From IMG/VR virus record IMGVR_UViG_3300010351_001916: 20,000 bases of DNA; one strand, written 5' to 3'. A model generated the notes under the pieces. It was not told the DNA's origin. It did not search any database and saw only the letters and a program-made list of their open reading frames with translations. This DNA is from an uncultured virus (IMG/VR IMGVR_UViG_3300010351_001916). Lineage: Duplodnaviria > Heunggongvirae > Uroviricota > Caudoviricetes. Positions 16,017 to 20,000 of this stretch are shown here, piece after piece. The translations under genes and the position numbers were made by a program. Within the stretch, counting starts at the first letter, position 1, and each line of letters begins with the position of its first letter.

Positions 16017-18398
16017 TCAGCCAGTTGAGGAGCCGGATGAGCCGGATAACTCGTCGGGGCCGCGCACGCCGCCCTCGCCATCGAACGCCTCCGCATCCAC
16101 ACCACCGGCGTCGTGGAGAATCGTCGCGTAGTTCGCGCGCAGGTACTCATCCGTGAGTGCAACAACATCCTCCGCAGCTCCAGCGACCTGAGTGTTCGTC
16201 GCGCTCGTGACTTCGCGCGCTGCCGCGTTCAAACGCCAGGCCAGTTGAAAGAGGTCCTCTGCGATGGCGTGCTCGGCCATTCCAACCATTTCCTCCGGTC
16301 GAACATAGAAGCCAGCGATCATCGCGTTGCCAAGGGGCTCTACAACGCCGTTGTTCAGGCACGGTACCGAGCCCTTGCCGGGGAACTCGTGAAAATGGAA
16401 TCCGACCATCTCCCGCCATCGCTCGTCTTGAACGCGCCGGAGGAAGCCATCGAATGCCCCGACGGTCGCAATGATCCATCCGTTCGGGCTTACTTCGCCC
16501 TCTGGTCCGGCCATCGGGAGTATTGCAAGCTGGGCGAGGACGAGCCACGGATGGATGTTGCCGATCATCGCCGACGGTTCGGGCGTTTCGATCTCTCCGA
16601 GCACGCGGCCACGGAAAGACACCTGCAGGGTGGACCCAGCCGGAATGGTCTCGGTGCTTGGCGAGTCAGATAGCGCTTGTTGGATCATGCGCGAGAATCG
16701 CGCGGCGTCTCGATCTGCGAGCACTCGGAGCGCCCCGGCACCAACGATGTCGCCCAACGGCAGCAGGTCGCTCCGCGACATCAGCGCCTGGTAGGCCTCG
16801 TCAAAGTTCGCGATGGTCGACACGATCTCGCCGAGTTCAAGCGCGGCCGCTTTGGCGAACAGTTCGAGGTGGCGCGGCAGAAGAAGCACTTCTTCATGCG
16901 CGCCAAGCCGCGTGGACAGAAAGCTGTGTTTCTGGAGCCACGCCAGCGTGTCCGGCTGCATGAGCTTCGAGGCGACATCCTGTCGCATCGCGGCAGCTCG
17001 GTATGATGCGAGCTGGAGCTCAGCGTCGCTCGCTCTCGTCGCAACGTCTTCGAGATATGCGCGCGCGAGGTGTCGCAGCCCTGCCACGAGGTCATGGTTG
17101 GAGCGGACCAGGGCGCTCCACGTCATGTCGACCTCGCTGAGCGTGGTGGTGCTCGGAAATTTCAGGCAGGTCCCGTCGTCTCCCGCGGCGCGAGGCGGCA
17201 GGCGCCCCGCAATCACTCGAAGGACACGTGGCTCGCGGTACTCGATGTTGTACTGGCCGCCGAAGTGAGGCTGACTGCGTGTTGCCTCGAAGAGTTGCGC
17301 CATCGCCACGTTGAACTCCCGGTCAGAGAGGAGTTCGAGGTGGACGACCTCGGCACGCAGACCGAACTCCGTCTTCGTCTGACGTCCTGGTCGCAGCGAC
17401 AGTGCCTTCCAGGTGTTTGGATCGAGAGCCGTGACGATAGAGAGCGGCGATGCCGCCCCGAGTGCGAGGAGCTCATCCAGATCGCCGAGCCAGGTGTCGT
17501 TCAGCTCAGGCACGATCTCGTCGAGGAACAGCACGAGGCGCGTCTCGTCGTGCAGCGTACGCAGAGACGTCGAGAGCCACTGCCGAACCTGCTCAAGGCT
17601 GGTGGCCGTGAAGAGGTTCTTCGCGAAGACGGAGGCCAGCAGACGAAGCGGGCCGTGACGCGCGCTGCTCGCGTCGACGTACAGTGGAACCAGACTGCCG
17701 GTCGCGAGTTTCTCACAGCACTGCTTGAGCACGACCGACTTGCCCGAGAGCGGAGGTCCCACGACCGCCACGGCCGGCGCGTTCTTGCGTAGCTTGCCGA
17801 GCACTCGAGCAACAAGCTCGCGCTCGACTGAAAACCCCTGAGCAAACGGGAGGCTGAAGTTCTTGATCTCTCCAGTCCGCGCCGCGAGGGCGTCCGCGGT
17901 GTGTTTGCGAAGGAAGTCAGCCCACACGCTCGGGTTGGCCCCCAGCAGGCTGCGGATTGCCTCGTCACGAGCTGCGGCCGCTACGGCAGCGGCGCCCGCG
18001 ATCAGGTTGGCGAAAACGTCGTCGCTGATGCCTTGGCGCTCCCAGGGAGTCCCGTCGATGGTCTTGTAGAACCTGGTCGTCCTTCCGTTCGAGACGATCA
18101 CCAGCGGTGGCATGGGCGTTAGCAGTCGCGCGTAAGACAGCCCTTGGTCGCGGTCATCTTCCGTCAAGTCGATGTCTGGGCGTTTCAGCTCCAGAACCGC
18201 AACGTGGCCAACCTCGGCCGTCAGGAGCACGTCCGCTCGGCCCTTCTTTTCCCAGCCCTTGCGGCCATCGGCTTCAAAGTCATGGTGACCGAGCCGGACG
18301 GTGAACTGGAGCTGGTGGGTTACTTGAACGCCACTTGTCGGAAAGAGATCTGCAAGCACTGCGCCCAGATGGGTTTCGAAGGTGGCCTCGTTCATCAT
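16017..18398 (-). CDS. HsdR-N-type PD-(D/E)xK nuclease fused to a P-loop NTPase and an unknown C-terminal region (putative defence protein)
   Basis: GRADVLL...VLELKRP...DQGLSYA...VIVSNG matches the type I restriction R-subunit N-terminal nuclease. Walker A GPPLSGKS and Walker B LVLFLDE. Start uncertain (ATG 18398 or 18395, or GTG 18473). Confidence 0.82.
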   Translation of the reverse strand: MMNEATFETHLGAVLADLFPTSGVQVTHQLQFTVRLGHHDFEADGRKGWEKKGRADVLLTAEVGHVAVLELKRPDIDLTEDDRDQGLSYARLLTPMPPLVIVSNGRTTRFYKTIDGTPWERQGISDDVFANLIAGAAAVAAAARDEAIRSLLGANPSVWADFLRKHTADALAARTGEIKNFSLPFAQGFSVERELVARVLGKLRKNAPAVAVVGPPLSGKSVVLKQCCEKLATGSLVPLYVDASSARHGPLRLLASVFAKNLFTATSLEQVRQWLSTSLRTLHDETRLVLFLDEIVPELNDTWLGDLDELLALGAASPLSIVTALDPNTWKALSLRPGRQTKTEFGLRAEVVHLELLSDREFNVAMAQLFEATRSQPHFGGQYNIEYREPRVLRVIAGRLPPRAAGDDGTCLKFPSTTTLSEVDMTWSALVRSNHDLVAGLRHLARAYLEDVATRASDAELQLASYRAAAMRQDVASKLMQPDTLAWLQKHSFLSTRLGAHEEVLLLPRHLELFAKAAALELGEIVSTIANFDEAYQALMSRSDLLPLGDIVGAGALRVLADRDAARFSRMIQQALSDSPSTETIPAGSTLQVSFRGRVLGEIETPEPSAMIGNIHPWLVLAQLAILPMAGPEGEVSPNGWIIATVGAFDGFLRRVQDERWREMVGFHFHEFPGKGSVPCLNNGVVEPLGNAMIAGFYVRPEEMVGMAEHAIAEDLFQLAWRLNAAAREVTSATNTQVAGAAEDVVALTDEYLRANYATILHDAGGVDAEAFDGEGGVRGPDELSGSSGSSTG

Positions 18399-18613
18399 CG
18401 CGTGCAGTTTTCCTCGCTGTTGCTCACCTGGGGGCCTCCCAGGCACGCTTGGCCCGAGCGTCGTTTCTTCCACGGGATAGGCCCGCGGGCCGCGGAGATC
18501 CTACATCAACCGGCTGTGTCGCCACCCAAACCCTCGTCCGGCTTTGTCCTCCCCCGTGGTCCGCAGGAGAACGGCGGCCGCCGTCGTGGTGTCGCGTGTG
18601 CCGTGAGTGCTTC

Positions 18614-18643
18614 TTGACGCGTCCACCTCGGGTGTGGTCTGTT
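18614..18643 (+). promoter_or_regulatory. Possible sigma-70 promoter of the tRNA-like gene
   Basis: TTGACG at 18614-18619, then TG-G-TCTGTT (a weak extended -10 lacking the conserved A) ending 8 nt before the cloverleaf. Confidence 0.35.
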
Positions 18644-18650
18644 CTCTCCG

Positions 18651-18726
18651 TCCAGCTTAGCTCGGTCGGTAGAGCAGGTGGCTGTACAACCATCGGGTCG
18701 CTGGGAGAGCCCAGCAGTTGGAACCA
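18651..18726 (+). tRNA. Non-canonical tRNA or pseudo-tRNA (tRNA-Asn-like body, 8-nt anticodon loop CTGTACAA)
   Basis: 76-nt cloverleaf: acceptor TCCAGCT/AGTTGGA, D stem GCTC/GAGC with loop GGTCGGTA, anticodon stem GGTGG/CCATC, variable loop GGGTC, T stem GCTGG/CCAGC, discriminator A and encoded CCA. Confidence 0.82.
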
Positions 18727-18800
18727 GTGCAACGAGGCGACCGCACGACTGTGTGGATCGCCTCTTCGCGTTCCATGCCCCTCCGCACGTTGACGACGCG

Positions 18801-20000
18801 ATGGACTCGCGCTTGAACGCGCGCCCCGTGCTGTCTCTCGCCTTCCGCACCCTCGAGTTCCTGTTCTACCACGTGCTGTTGTCGCTCGTGGATCGCGTCG
18901 CGCGCCTTCCACGCACGACGATGCTGCCCGAAGCCGCGCGCTTGTATCGGCAGAACATCGCGCTGAAAGCGCAGCTCGACGCGCTCGAAGATCACCTCGC
19001 GCGCATCGAGAACAAGCGTCGCGCGAAGCCTCTTTCGGTGCGCGCGGCGCAGGTGTTCGCGCTCTTGCTCACACGCGGCGACGAGCAGTTCCTTCGGTAC
19101 TTCTTGTCGTCGCCTCGCGCCACGATCGAGCGATGGCTGACGCGCTTCAGATCGCTCTGGGGACGATCGCTCGGAGGCAGGCCGCGCACGGACGTCGACG
19201 TCGAAGACCTGGTCGTGACGCTCAAACGGGAGAACCCGAGCTGGGGGCAGCGCCGCATTCGCGAAGAGCTACGGCGCATGGGCATTCGCGTGAGCGAGCC
19301 GACTATCATGCGCATCCTGCGCGAGCACGGCTTCACGCCGCACCCACTGCGGAAGCTGTCGTTCGAGCGGGTGCAGTCGTCGGTCAAGGACGCGTTGTGG
19401 GCCGTGGACTTCTTCGCGGTGAAGACCGCGACCGGTGCCTGGCTGCAGGTGCTGATCGTGATCGACGTGCACACGCGCGAGGTCCTCGGGCTCCGCGCGT
19501 ACGACGGCTGGGACGTCGACTCGTTCTGGACCATCCGCGCGTTCAACGCGATCGCCAGCGCTGTGAAGCGCCTGCCGACGAAGGTCGTGCATGATCACGG
19601 ACCGACGTTCCTGGGCCAGTTTGCGCGCCAGCTTCGCGTGCTCGGCGTCGAGCGCGAGCTCACGCCCGCACGGATGCCGTACATGAATTGCTACGTCGAG
19701 CGGTGGATCGGCTCCGTTCGCCGCGAGCTGTTGCGCCACGTGCGCGTGCACGACGTCGTGGAGCTCCAAGACTGGCTCGACGAGTACCGCGCGTACGCGA
19801 ACGCCGAACGGGCACACCAAGGGCTCGATGGGCGCACACCGAACGAGGTCGCGCGCGGGCAGCCGGAGGCCGTAGTGCTCGAGCTCGAGCAGCTGCGGAC
19901 GCGCAAGCTGGTGCGGCGCATGTACGCCAACGGCTTGCTCCAAGGGTACTCGCTGGTCGAACGCGACGACGGCGTTGCTCCGGACCGCAAGGCCGCGTAG
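18801..20000 (+). mobile_element. DDE transposase with an rve integrase core (IS3/IS481-like)
   Basis: HTH ENPSWGQRRIREELRRMG. Catalytic triad in WAVDFF, VVHDHG and NCYVERW; tail ERAHQGL. Stop TAG at 19998-20000. ATG 18801 preferred because the 18678 start lies inside the tRNA-like element. Confidence 0.88.

Noticed and set aside
16017..18398. Type I restriction subunit hsdR
   Set aside because: Only the nuclease domain matches. There are no DEAD-box helicase motifs and no hsdM/hsdS.
18651..18726. Ordinary functional tRNA-Tyr(GTA) or tRNA-Asn
   Set aside because: It lacks the long variable arm of bacterial tRNA-Tyr, has no GTT anticodon, has an 8-nt loop and has no TTC.
18678..18800. N-terminal extension of the transposase in the ORF track
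   Set aside because: It overlaps the tRNA-like element and the probable IS end.
1..20000. CRISPR array or cas genes accompanying TPR-CHAT
   Set aside because: No regularly spaced repeats or cas motifs were seen.

Overview
GC-rich accessory region that looks like the cargo end of an integrative element or a defence island. Left (173-2780, +): an amidoligase / two gamma-glutamylcyclotransferase cluster of a type known from mobile elements, then a stand-alone JAB/MPN-like gene. Middle: a coupled minus-strand pair encoding a cobalamin-binding radical SAM enzyme and a CMPK2/thymidylate-kinase-like NMP kinase. It diverges from a 2456-aa helical-repeat protein ending in an intact CHAT (caspase-like) domain, which converges on a small HTH / ECF sigma factor / 503-aa partner operon. 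Right: an HsdR-N-type nuclease fused to a P-loop NTPase, a 76-nt tRNA-like cloverleaf with intact stems and CCA but non-canonical loops (not visible in the ORF track), and a DDE transposase. Best novelty candidates: the radical SAM + kinase pair (possible antiviral nucleotide-analogue pathway), the CRISPR-free CHAT/sigma/partner module, and the aberrant tRNA. All calls come from reading motifs by eye; no searches were run.
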